NCBI GenBank assembly: GCA_009937625.1
Contig: JAACFA010000029.1
Span: 1-51,522 of the forward strand
DNA: 51,522 bases
Source of the DNA: Gammaproteobacteria bacterium
Lineage (GTDB): Bacteria; Pseudomonadota; Gammaproteobacteria; GCA-001735895
Reading direction: 5' to 3'
Part shown: positions 9,371 to 18,402 of the stretch, piece after piece
How positions within the stretch are numbered: the first letter of the stretch is position 1
How the letters are laid out: each line of letters begins with the position of its first letter
Translations under genes and position numbers: made by a program
Notes under the pieces: generated by a model
The model's database searches: none
What the model was told of the DNA's origin: nothing
The model's input: only the letters and a program-made list of their open reading frames with translations

Positions 9371-10186
9371 TTGAGACGATTCAAGGGGATTCTTTTGCCC
9401 GTGTTATTACTATTTATAGCCGCTAGCTGTCAGGCAACCCATGCTCAGACGGCAGAAGAGGATGCCTACGTGGCCGCGCCAGCGGAACCGGCAGCGGAAG
9501 ACGAGGCAGGGTATCGGGTCAAGATTGCCGATCCGTTTATCGAGCTGCATACCGGCCCGGGCGGCGGCTACCCGATTTATTATGTGATCGATCGCGGTGT
9601 CGAGGTGCGCGTGCTGCGCCGCAAGACCGACTGGTACAAGCTCGTCACCGACGATGGTAAAACCGGCTGGGCCAGTCGCGCGCAGATGCAGCAGACGCTG
9701 TTGCCCTCGGGTGAGCAGTTCCAGTTGATAGAGGTCGATCGGGAAGATTTTCTGCAACGCAGATGGATGGTCGGTGTGACGGGTGGCGAGTTCGAAGAAG
9801 CACCGGTCTTTACGCTGTTTGCCGCCTATTCGTTTACCGAAAACCTGGCCGCAGAAGTACATTTCGGTAAATCGGTAGGAGACAGATCCAGCGCCACCTA
9901 TATAAAGGGAAACATGATCATGCAGCCCTGGGCGGATTTCAAGTATTCGCCCTACTTTTCGCTGGGGCTGGGTCAAATAGAGGTCGATCCTAGTGCCACC
10001 CTGATTGCGGTGGACGACGAAGACAACTCTTTTGCCCAGGTCGGCATCGGGGTGCAGCGTCACCTGAGCCGCAACTTTCTGGCTCGATTCGAATTTAACG
10101 AGTACGTTATTTTTTCTGCCAGCAGTGTTAGCAACAACAACGAGGAAGTAAAAGAGTGGAAATTCGGTTTCGCAGTATTTTTCTAG
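9371..10186 (+). CDS. SH3b-domain plus outer-membrane beta-barrel protein
   Basis: 271 aa with a signal peptide (LLLFIAASCQATHA). SH3b-like stretch YRVKIADPFIELHTGPGGGYPIYYVIDRGVEVRVLRRKTDWYKLVTDDGKTGWA. Alternating beta-strand pattern, and a C-terminal ...WKFGFAVFF typical of OM barrels. TTG start. Confidence 0.7.
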   Translation: MRRFKGILLPVLLLFIAASCQATHAQTAEEDAYVAAPAEPAAEDEAGYRVKIADPFIELHTGPGGGYPIYYVIDRGVEVRVLRRKTDWYKLVTDDGKTGWASRAQMQQTLLPSGEQFQLIEVDREDFLQRRWMVGVTGGEFEEAPVFTLFAAYSFTENLAAEVHFGKSVGDRSSATYIKGNMIMQPWADFKYSPYFSLGLGQIEVDPSATLIAVDDEDNSFAQVGIGVQRHLSRNFLARFEFNEYVIFSASSVSNNNEEVKEWKFGFAVFF

Positions 10187-10809
10187 CGATCGCGTTTGCT
10201 GTCGCTTTTTTGCCGGCTACCGAGGTTGCGGCGCAGAGCGAGGAAGACGAACAGACGAATCTGATCGAACCCCAGATCGAACGTACCGAGTTCGATGAAT
10301 CATTGATTGAAACCGATGATTTCGAAATCGCGGTTTACGCGGGCTACCTGGCGGTCGAAAATTTCGATACCAACCTCGTCTACGGCGCCAGGCTGGGCTA
10401 TCACGTAACGGAAGATTTTTTCGTACAGGTCGCCTACGGTACCAGCGAGGTCGGGGAAACCAGTTTCGAGATTCTTGATCCGGGTGCGACGCTACTATCC
10501 GATGACCAGAGAGAGCTCGAGTATTACCTCTTCACGCTGGGATTTAACCTGTTCCCGGGTGAGGCATTTATCACCGATTCGACTACATTTAATACAGTGT
10601 TTTACCTGATCGGTGGAATCGGCAACACGGAGTTCGCGGGCGAAGACGCGTTTACCATCGTCTATGGCGTGGGACACCGGACTTTATTTCTCGATGGATT
10701 CAGCGTGGATGTGGAGATGCGGGATTTGATATTTGAGCAGGATATTTTCGGTGAGGAAGAATCCACCAACAACCTCGAGTTAACCGTGTCACTGAACTTG
10801 TTTTTTTAA
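10156..10809 (+). CDS. Small outer-membrane beta-barrel protein (OmpA-like/OmpW-like fold class)
   Basis: 217 aa with signal peptide IFLAIAFAVAFLPATEVAAQ, an acidic linker, amphipathic beta strands and a terminal ...LTVSLNLFF. GTG start overlapping the previous gene by 31 nt, so the exact start is uncertain. Confidence 0.65.
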   Translation: MEIRFRSIFLAIAFAVAFLPATEVAAQSEEDEQTNLIEPQIERTEFDESLIETDDFEIAVYAGYLAVENFDTNLVYGARLGYHVTEDFFVQVAYGTSEVGETSFEILDPGATLLSDDQRELEYYLFTLGFNLFPGEAFITDSTTFNTVFYLIGGIGNTEFAGEDAFTIVYGVGHRTLFLDGFSVDVEMRDLIFEQDIFGEEESTNNLELTVSLNLFF

Positions 10810-10821
10810 AGGAGAATAATC

Positions 10822-11334
10822 ATGAAGAGCATGTTATCGCGAACCTGTTTGAGCCTGGCACTTTTGTGCTCGCTATCGTTTATGATTTCGAGCCCTGCGC
10901 AGGCCGCCGCTGGTGCCGGCCCGGCCCCTAATTTCACGTTAAAATCGCTCAGCGGGAAAAACCTGAAGCTCAGCGAAATGACGGGCAACGTGGTATTGAT
11001 CAACTTCTGGGCATCCTGGTGTGGTCCCTGCCGCGAGGAAATGCCATTGTTGAATGAGCTGCATAAAAAGTACGAGCCGCTGGGATTCACCGTGCTTGGC
11101 GTCAACGTCGAGGAAGATGTAAGAAATGCCAGGGGTTTTCTTAAAGACTTCCCGGTTGATTTTCCGGTCTTGCTCGATAGCAAGAACCAGGTTAGCAAGC
11201 AATACAACGTGATTGCGATGCCGACCACCGTGGTAGTCGATCGAGATGGTAACATGCGGTTTTTGCACAAGGGGTACAAGCCGGGTGACGAAGACAAGTA
11301 CCGCAAGATGGTCAAGAAACTGGTGCGCGAGTAA
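10822..11334 (+). CDS. TlpA/ResA-family periplasmic thiol:disulfide oxidoreductase
   Basis: 170 aa. AAAGGAG RBS, signal peptide, and thioredoxin-fold active site WASWCGPC. Confidence 0.9.
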   Translation: MKSMLSRTCLSLALLCSLSFMISSPAQAAAGAGPAPNFTLKSLSGKNLKLSEMTGNVVLINFWASWCGPCREEMPLLNELHKKYEPLGFTVLGVNVEEDVRNARGFLKDFPVDFPVLLDSKNQVSKQYNVIAMPTTVVVDRDGNMRFLHKGYKPGDEDKYRKMVKKLVRE

Positions 11335-11339
11335 CTTTA

Positions 11340-11564
11340 ATGAAAATAATAAATATTTTTCCAGCTATAGCGGGCCTGATGCTGCTTTCGGGCTGTGCCA
11401 CCGAACCCTGGGTCAAGCCCTATGAAAGGGCGAACCTGGCGGATCCGATCATGAGCTTTAACCGTGACCCGATATCGGCGAATTACCTGCACCACGTTTA
11501 CGATACGCGTGAAGGTGCCCGTGGCGCCGGCATTGCCACGGGCGGCGGCTGCGGCTGTAACTAG
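11340..11564 (+). CDS. DUF4266-type small lipoprotein
   Basis: 74 aa with lipobox LLSGC and a C-terminal GGGCGCN tail, which I recall as characteristic of DUF4266. It sits between TlpA and DUF3570, as in the known conserved neighbourhood. Confidence 0.8.
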   Translation: MKIINIFPAIAGLMLLSGCATEPWVKPYERANLADPIMSFNRDPISANYLHHVYDTREGARGAGIATGGGCGCN

Positions 11565-11720
11565 CGGTTAATCCCGTTGCCGGAAACTGTTTGCGAAGCG
11601 CTGTCAGAAAAGTGGTTGAATCGTTATTTAGCAGTCCTGGCCCGCGAGATGGCCGGTATTTACGGCTTGTTTCCGGTATCGAAATCCCGCTATCGGGCCA
11701 GCGGGTGTGTTGCTGATCCG

Positions 11721-12839
11721 ATGCGAATTGTATTTTTCTTATTATTAGTTATTGCCGCGAAGGCTGGCGCGGCCGTGCTGCCGGACGAGCGTGCGGACCT
11801 GCTTTACCACAAGTACGATGGCGGCGGGGTGGAAGTCGACGGGCCGTCGGTGCTGGTGCGTAAAAACGTCGGCGACAGCGTGTCGGTTGGTGTGAATCAC
11901 TACGTCGACAATGTCACCAGCGCGTCGATCGATGTCGAGGTAAGCGCCAGCGAGTATACCGAGGAGCGCACGGAGAGTAATGTTAGTCTCGATTACCTGC
12001 GGCAGAAGACGACCGTCAGCTTCGGCTACACGGTCAGCGACGAGAGCGATTACGAAGCCAAGACCCTGAGTCTGGGTGTTTCGCAGGATTTGTTTGGTGA
12101 TCTAACCACGGTCAGCATGTCGTTCGCTTACGGCGATAATACGGTCGGTCGCAACGGCGATGATGATTTCGAGGAAGAAGCCAAGGTGCGCAGTTACCGC
12201 TTCGGTATCTCCCAGATCCTCACCAAGAGCCTGGTGATGGCGTTTACGCTGGAAACCATCACCGACGAAGGCTATCTCAACAATCCTTATCGCTCGGTTC
12301 GCTATTGCAGTAATCCCGATTGTACGGCCGACGCATTTGAAGGGGAGCTTTATCCGGAGACACGCACCAGCAATGCGGTCGCGGTTCGGGGAAATTACTT
12401 CCTGCCGCAACGTGCCGCCCTTCATGCGGGCGTGCGCTACTTCGAAGACAGCTGGGATATCGAGGCGACCACTTTCGAACTCGGTTACACCATGCCCTAC
12501 GGCGAAAACATTATTCTCGAAGCCACCTATCGTTTCCACGATCAAACCAGTGCCGAGTTTTACAGCGACCTGTTTCCGGGCTTGGAGGCAACGAGTTATC
12601 GGGCCCGTGACAAGGAGCTGAGCACCTTTACCAGCACCACGCTGGGCCTCGGAGCGAGCTATGAATTCGGCCGTTCCTGGGCCAGGATCGACCGTGGCAG
12701 TCTCAATTTGCAGCTCGACTGGATCGATTTCGACTACGACGACTTTCGCGACCTGACCGGTACCGAGCCTGTCGGCAGCGAACCTCTCTACAGCTTCGAC
12801 GCCACCGTCACCCGGGCTTTTGTCTCGATCTGGTTTTAG
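11721..12839 (+). CDS. DUF3570-family predicted outer-membrane barrel protein
   Basis: Track ORF 11577..12839. I prefer ATG 11721 (MRIVFFLLLVIAAKAGAA...) because it gives a signal peptide. Beta-rich with terminal ...AFVSIWF. LLYHKYDGGGVEVDGPS and VDNVTSASIDV fit my memory of DUF3570. Confidence 0.75.
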   Translation: MRIVFFLLLVIAAKAGAAVLPDERADLLYHKYDGGGVEVDGPSVLVRKNVGDSVSVGVNHYVDNVTSASIDVEVSASEYTEERTESNVSLDYLRQKTTVSFGYTVSDESDYEAKTLSLGVSQDLFGDLTTVSMSFAYGDNTVGRNGDDDFEEEAKVRSYRFGISQILTKSLVMAFTLETITDEGYLNNPYRSVRYCSNPDCTADAFEGELYPETRTSNAVAVRGNYFLPQRAALHAGVRYFEDSWDIEATTFELGYTMPYGENIILEATYRFHDQTSAEFYSDLFPGLEATSYRARDKELSTFTSTTLGLGASYEFGRSWARIDRGSLNLQLDWIDFDYDDFRDLTGTEPVGSEPLYSFDATVTRAFVSIWF

Positions 12840-14382
12840 GCGTTCCGCTTTTGGTTTGCTGCTGCCGCTGGTGGCGCAGGCGTCAAGTTCCGACGATTGC
12901 CCGGTCCTGTCAAAAGTCGATATCGAAGCAAATCCGTTAATCACGGAAGCGCGGCAGCGGGAATTGGTCGCTCCGTATCTCGGGTCCTGTATCGACTCCG
13001 ATCTAATCCGACAGCTGCTAGCGGCGATATCGAACGACTTTATCGAAAATGGCTATGTCACGAGCCGTCCCTACCTGCAGGAGCAGGACGTGAGCGACGG
13101 TCAAGTCGAGATCCGGGTTCTGATCGGCACCGTGGAGGCGGTAATCGATGCCGCCAGCGGCGGCCGCAGCGGCAAGATCTCGACCGCTTTTTTATTCAGC
13201 GACGAAATTCTCAACCTGCGCGACCTCGAAACCTCGCTCGAACAGATCGAACGGGTTGCATCGGTCGAGGCCAGTATCGAAATAAGACCCGGGACGCAAC
13301 AGGGCGGCAGTATCGTTGCGATCAAGACAACCGAATCGGATTCGCTTCGCTTCGAGGTTGGCGCCAACGCGCAGTCCGATCTCGACAACCAGCTCAGTTT
13401 TTTCATGAACTGGGACAATCCTCTCGACATCAATGACATACTGCAGCTGCGACTGAACGACGGCGAGCTGCGGGAAAGTTTCCAGAGCAATCGCAGCCGT
13501 GAACTGTCTTACTCGTTCCCGCTGGGGAAATACCTGCTGGCCCTGAGCCTTGCCGAGATAGAATTCGATCAGCGGATTCAGGGGAGCTTCGGCAGCTTTC
13601 TGTCCGAGGGCGAAACCGATAGCGAACGCATCGTTATCAGCAGGACAGTGGCTCGCAACCAGAGCAATCGTTTGACTGTCGCGCTGGCCCTCGAGCTCGA
13701 CGATACCGAAAACTTTCTCGAGAACGAACGGATCGATGTGTCGAGTTACAAGACTACCCAGCTGCTGCTGGAACTACATCATGACTGGTATCAACCCTGG
13801 GGCCAGCTCGGCCTGCGCTACGGTTTCCGCCAGGGGTTGGACTCGTTCGGGGCCAGGGACGACGATTATTTCACGCGCACCGATGATTCCGCGAGCGAGG
13901 CGCGCCTGCAGTTCGAAATGTTCAGTATCGACGGCAGATTGATTTACCTGCTCGGCAATCCGGACCGGTACCTCGATCTGAACCTTTATTTTCAGCATAG
14001 CGACGATATCCTGTTCGATAGCGATAAGCTCGATCTCGGCAGCCCCTATACCGTGCGAGGATACTCCTCTGCGCTGAGCGGCAGTAATGGCTGGTATCTG
14101 CGCAATGACGTTACCTGGCAATTCCGGTCCGTGGCCAACCCGTTCGGCGGGAAGAGTCTGACCAAATCGATCGCGCTGTCCTTAGGTCTCGATTACGGTG
14201 AAGTCAAATGCGAAATCGATAACCAGGACGTCTGCGGGGATATCTATGGCGCAGCCCTCGGGCTGGTGGTCTGGGATGCGAATTTTAGCGGGCGCCTGCT
14301 GTGGGGCCACCCGTTGAAGGAAGTCGATAACGGGATCGGCGACGAGGATCGCTTCCTGCTGGACTTGCGCTGGAGTATTTGA
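12820..14382 (+). CDS. ShlB/FhaC/HecB-family (TpsB-type) POTRA-containing outer-membrane transporter
   Basis: 520 aa with a signal peptide. POTRA-like ITEARQRELVAPYLGSCIDSDLIRQLLAAISNDFIENGYVTSRPYLQEQDVSDGQVEIRVLIGTVE, and the PYTVRGY motif. Overlaps the end of the DUF3570 gene by 20 nt. Confidence 0.8.
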   Translation: MSRSGFRRSAFGLLLPLVAQASSSDDCPVLSKVDIEANPLITEARQRELVAPYLGSCIDSDLIRQLLAAISNDFIENGYVTSRPYLQEQDVSDGQVEIRVLIGTVEAVIDAASGGRSGKISTAFLFSDEILNLRDLETSLEQIERVASVEASIEIRPGTQQGGSIVAIKTTESDSLRFEVGANAQSDLDNQLSFFMNWDNPLDINDILQLRLNDGELRESFQSNRSRELSYSFPLGKYLLALSLAEIEFDQRIQGSFGSFLSEGETDSERIVISRTVARNQSNRLTVALALELDDTENFLENERIDVSSYKTTQLLLELHHDWYQPWGQLGLRYGFRQGLDSFGARDDDYFTRTDDSASEARLQFEMFSIDGRLIYLLGNPDRYLDLNLYFQHSDDILFDSDKLDLGSPYTVRGYSSALSGSNGWYLRNDVTWQFRSVANPFGGKSLTKSIALSLGLDYGEVKCEIDNQDVCGDIYGAALGLVVWDANFSGRLLWGHPLKEVDNGIGDEDRFLLDLRWSI

Positions 14383-14440
14383 TCGCCGACCGGTGGCCCT
14401 GACCACGACGGTCGGATCGACGACTGCGCGCAGCAAATAC

Positions 14441-15736
14441 CTATAACTGGCGTTCGGTAATGTCTTCGCGCTGATCCAGCTGTTCGACTTCGTGCTTGGC
14501 GACCGCCTCGGCATAGCCGAGCGAATCGGGCGCAATATATTCCGCGATCGGGGTGCCGACCGGACCTGCAATCAGCGTCGACTGGTCGCCGACCGCAATC
14601 CCCGCACTTGAACCTATCCGTATCAGGGTAAAAAAGAAAATAATTGCAAATACCGTTGCGATGCCCCAGAAATACAACTCCACACCAAACAGCTCCATGA
14701 AGAATGCGATCACGATAGGCCCGGTCATCGCGCCAAATCCCGCGACCATGACCAGGCTGCCGCTGGCGCCGACGATTTGATGTGGCTCGAGGCGGTCGTT
14801 GGCATAGGCGATGCAGATCGAATACATCGGCATTGCTGCGCCGCCGAGCGCGACGATGACCAGGTAGAACCCTAGGCTGTCCTTGCTGATTACCACTGCC
14901 AGGATGCTGCAGACAATCGAAATCAGCGACAGTCCCGCCATCACGCCGCGCCGACCGACCAGGTCTGAAATGTGGCCGACCGGCCACTGGAACACCAGGC
15001 TGCCGATCAGGAAACAGGCCATGAACAGCGAAATGGATTTTAAATCCACCAGAACCTGGGACGCGTAAATGGCGCCCAGGCCGAAGATGGTGCCATGCGC
15101 CATGCCGGTCAGGCAGTTACCGATCAGGGCCAGGGGAGACGCCCGGTAGAGTTCGATAATCGACATTTTCGACGAGGTGTTGAAACTGGGAGCGGGTTTC
15201 GCGGTGAGTAAAATCGGTATCAGTCCAAACGATATGATCATTGAAAGCAGAATAAACAGGTCGATGGCATCGGGGCGGGCGACGTTTAGCAGGAATTGGC
15301 CGGCGCCCATGCTACCGGTAACGATCACCATGTATATCGACAGGACTTTGCCACGGGTCTCGTTGCTGGCGCGGTCGTTCAGCCAGCTTTCGGTGACGAC
15401 ATAAAATCCGGCGAAGCTGATACCGGTAATGACACGCATCGCCATCCATAGCCAGGGATCGATATAAACGCCGTGAAACAGGATCGAAATCGACGCCAGC
15501 GAGGCCAGCGCCGAAAACACGCGAATATGGCCGACGCGGTTGACGAGCACGGGTGCCAGCATCGAGCCGATAAACATGCCGATGAAATAACCCGACATCA
15601 TGATGCCGGTGTTGAAAGTCGAAAAGCCCTCGATGCCGGCGCGCACCCCGAGCAGGGTGCCCTGCAATCCGTTGGCCAGCATCATGAAGCCGATGCCGAG
15701 CAGTATCGCCCAGGAGGCGCCAAGGTCTTTCCACAT
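14441..15736 (-). CDS. MFS transporter
   Basis: 431 aa with about 12 predicted hydrophobic helices and MFS-like loop motifs (e.g. NRVGHIRVF, ESWLNDRASNETRGKV). Confidence 0.85.
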   Translation of the reverse strand: MWKDLGASWAILLGIGFMMLANGLQGTLLGVRAGIEGFSTFNTGIMMSGYFIGMFIGSMLAPVLVNRVGHIRVFSALASLASISILFHGVYIDPWLWMAMRVITGISFAGFYVVTESWLNDRASNETRGKVLSIYMVIVTGSMGAGQFLLNVARPDAIDLFILLSMIISFGLIPILLTAKPAPSFNTSSKMSIIELYRASPLALIGNCLTGMAHGTIFGLGAIYASQVLVDLKSISLFMACFLIGSLVFQWPVGHISDLVGRRGVMAGLSLISIVCSILAVVISKDSLGFYLVIVALGGAAMPMYSICIAYANDRLEPHQIVGASGSLVMVAGFGAMTGPIVIAFFMELFGVELYFWGIATVFAIIFFFTLIRIGSSAGIAVGDQSTLIAGPVGTPIAEYIAPDSLGYAEAVAKHEVEQLDQREDITERQL

Positions 15737-15817
15737 CGTCTGTGTTCTCGTCTAGTGGCCGTTTGCCAGTCAGAAAGTTGCGCGGAGTTTAGTAGAGCAC
15801 CACGGTCTCAGCAACGA

Positions 15818-16627
15818 CTAATTCAGTTCCGCGTAACCGGCCTTGTGTGCGAATTTTTCAAGCTCGACGATGGATCGATAATCGTTCAGTTCGACGCTTT
15901 CGAAACGATCCAGGTGGAGGGTTTTTCTGGCTGTGCTCGGCACCCCTGCCAGGCCCTGGTTGAGCGCGGCAACCCAGGTTTCTTTTAGCTGTCGCGAGTA
16001 GCCCGCCGTCGGCATGACCAGGGGCAGACCGCAGGTCGGTTCACTCTGGCCAATAACTCTTACCGCTGCAATCAGGTCGGGATCCTGATCGGCGATCAAC
16101 TGGTAACTGACGCAGTCGATGGCCGCCAGTTGGGCCTGGTTCGTGGCTACGGTCTCGATACTGGCATGGTGCCCGCCGGTGATGCGGGTCTCGGCAAAAT
16201 AGTGCGGGCGCGCGCCCAGTTTGGCCAGCGCATGGCGCAAGACGTTCATGCCGCTATTCGAATCTCTGCCATTTATCGCGACTATTTTTCCGCGACACTG
16301 TTGCAGGGATTCAATCGCGGAATCCGCCGGCACGACGAACTGGCTGCTGTAGTACTTGCCGCTCGCACCCGGCACGTCGAAGCAGGGCACGCAAAATGGT
16401 GTCAGCGCATCCTGCAGCTGCGTCATCAAAGGGTAGCCGCAGGTGTGACCGATAAGAAGATCCCGGTCGCGCAGCATGGCCTCGTTGCCGTCAAAAACGA
16501 GTTCACGCCGTAAGCCGCTGCCCGTGTCTATTAACGAGATAAACCGATCGAAAACGGCCTGCCAGGCGTTTCTTGTATCCCGGTTCGGAGTATACATGCC
16601 GCAGGCGATGAATCGGTCCGCATTCAT
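15818..16627 (-). CDS. PhnD/SsuA-type (phosphonate-binding-fold) substrate-binding-like protein without an obvious signal peptide
   Basis: Track ORF 15818..16648; ATG at 16627 (MNADRF...) is an alternative start. Motifs GHTCGYPL and VINGRDSNSGMNVLRHALA resemble the PhnD-like family. No ABC permease or ATPase gene is adjacent. Confidence 0.6.
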   Translation of the reverse strand: MNADRFIACGMYTPNRDTRNAWQAVFDRFISLIDTGSGLRRELVFDGNEAMLRDRDLLIGHTCGYPLMTQLQDALTPFCVPCFDVPGASGKYYSSQFVVPADSAIESLQQCRGKIVAINGRDSNSGMNVLRHALAKLGARPHYFAETRITGGHHASIETVATNQAQLAAIDCVSYQLIADQDPDLIAAVRVIGQSEPTCGLPLVMPTAGYSRQLKETWVAALNQGLAGVPSTARKTLHLDRFESVELNDYRSIVELEKFAHKAGYAELN

Positions 16628-16790
16628 AAGGCTACAAGGTATGCCCACAGGGGCGCAAAAACCAGCTTATTTTGGCTGGCGGCAACGGTTATACCCGTGA
16701 ACGCAGCTGTTCCGGAAAAACTACCCTGACTTGGATAGACAATTAATAACGGCTCAAATAACATCGACGGTTCCCGTCGAGGAGCCTGCA

Positions 16791-18311
16791 ATGACCAGAA
16801 GAAGAGCTCGAAACCGTAGTCCTGCCAGCGATTCGGTCGTTAAACCGAAAGCGCAACAACTGTTCAATCCCTATGAGCCGATTGCTGCGCTCGACCCCGA
16901 GTCACTGGACTTGATCCATGACGCATCGATGCGCATTCTCGAGGATATCGGCCTCGAAATTCTGAATGAAAAGGCGCTCGAGCTTTACCAGCAGGACGGT
17001 GCGCGCGTGGACTGGGACACGCAGCGGGTTTACCTCGACCGGGCCAGGGTTATGGAGAGAATCGCGAGCGTGCCGTCGGAATTTACCCTGCATGCGCCGA
17101 ATCCCGCGCGTAACCGGCTGATCGGGCGCAATGCGATAAACTTTACCACGGTAGCGAGCGCGCCCAACAGTTCCGACCTCGAAGGCGGCAGGCGCACCGG
17201 TAACTTCGAGGATTACTGCAATTTCCTGCGTTTGGCCCATGGCTTCGATGTTATCGATTTTTTCAGTGGCTACCCGGTCGAACCGATCGATATACCGCCC
17301 GATACCCGCCACCTGGACGCGACCCTGGCGGCTTTCACCTTAACCGATCGAGCATTTTCGCTCTACTGTCTCGGCGGCGGCCGCGTCATGGACGGTATCC
17401 AGATGACCGCAATTGCGCGCGGCGTCGATCTCGAGACGCTGAAACGGGAGCCCAGCGTGAACAGCGTGGTGAACACCAATTCCCCGTTACGTGTCGACGG
17501 TCCGATGCTGGATGGCCTGATCGAGATGGCCGAGTACGGTCAGCCGGTCATCGTAACCCCCTTTACGCTATCCGGCGCGATGTGCCCGATTACGCTGGCC
17601 GGTGCGCTGGCGCAGCAAAATGCCGAGGCGCTGGGCGTTATCGCGTTATCCCAAATCGTTAACCCGGGTACGCCGATGGTCTACGGCGGCTTTACCTCGA
17701 ACGCGGACATGCGCAGCGGTTCGCCGGCCTTCGGCACGCCCGAGTACACCCGCGCCGCCTGGGCCAGCGGGCAGCTGGCGCGGCGCTACGGCATTCCGTT
17801 CCGCTCCTCCAATACCAACGCGTCGAACTGCGTCGACGCGCAGGCCGCCTGGGAATCGCAAATGTCGCTGTGGGGCGCGGTCATGGGGCATGCACAGATT
17901 ATCAAGCACGCCGCGGGCTGGCTCGAAGGCGGGCTTTGCGCCTCTTTCGAGAAGTTTATTATCGACGTCGATATGCTGCAGATGATGCGTGAAACCCTGA
18001 CTCCGCTAAAGGTCGATGAATCGACACTGGCACTGGACGCGATTCGCGAAGCCGGTCACGGCGGGCATTTTTTCGGCACCGCGCACACCATGGCCCACTA
18101 CACGACGGCATTTTATGCACCGCTGGTTTCCGACTGGAGTAACTTCGAAACCTGGAGCGAGAACGGTGGATTAACCGCGTTCGATCGCGCCAACGCGGTC
18201 TACCGTCAGAAGCTGGCCGAGTACGAGCCGCCCGAAATGGCGGTTTCGAAACGCCAGTCACTGGAACAGTATGTTGACGAACGACGACGAGAACTGGAGT
18301 TGGCGAGATGA
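16791..18311 (+). CDS. MttB-superfamily (trimethylamine methyltransferase-like) protein, non-pyrrolysine type
   Basis: Track ORF 16731..18311. ATG 16791 is preceded by GGAG. Long-range resemblance to MttB/MtgB-type TIM-barrel methyltransferases (ILEDIGLEILNE..., NTNSPLRVDG, GAMCPITLAGALAQQNAEAL). No in-frame UAG. Confidence 0.85.
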   Translation: MTRRRARNRSPASDSVVKPKAQQLFNPYEPIAALDPESLDLIHDASMRILEDIGLEILNEKALELYQQDGARVDWDTQRVYLDRARVMERIASVPSEFTLHAPNPARNRLIGRNAINFTTVASAPNSSDLEGGRRTGNFEDYCNFLRLAHGFDVIDFFSGYPVEPIDIPPDTRHLDATLAAFTLTDRAFSLYCLGGGRVMDGIQMTAIARGVDLETLKREPSVNSVVNTNSPLRVDGPMLDGLIEMAEYGQPVIVTPFTLSGAMCPITLAGALAQQNAEALGVIALSQIVNPGTPMVYGGFTSNADMRSGSPAFGTPEYTRAAWASGQLARRYGIPFRSSNTNASNCVDAQAAWESQMSLWGAVMGHAQIIKHAAGWLEGGLCASFEKFIIDVDMLQMMRETLTPLKVDESTLALDAIREAGHGGHFFGTAHTMAHYTTAFYAPLVSDWSNFETWSENGGLTAFDRANAVYRQKLAEYEPPEMAVSKRQSLEQYVDERRRELELAR

Positions 18312-18402
18312 TGCTGCGGGAGCGGGCTTGCCTGCGGCCTGAGCACTTGTGCAGCAGCATTTGCCGATACGAATTGAATATTCTGAAGACAGGTATATAG
18401 AT

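Noticed and set aside
9371-10186. 'GDRSSAT' in the SH3b-OMP protein as a second ApbE flavinylation motif
   Set aside because: The Asp-to-Ser/Thr spacing is one residue shorter than the canonical D-x-x-(S/T)-G-A-(T/S). A short S/T-rich match is likely by chance, so it is kept only as a note.
14383-14440. Hairpin CCGACCG...CGGTCGG between the convergent TpsB and MFS genes as a bidirectional terminator
   Set aside because: The stem is only ~7 bp with a ~15-nt loop and no U/A tracts. This is too weak to call.
16791-18311. Pyrrolysine (in-frame UAG) in the MttB homologue
   Set aside because: The ORF is continuous with no internal amber codon. This is the non-Pyl branch of the superfamily.
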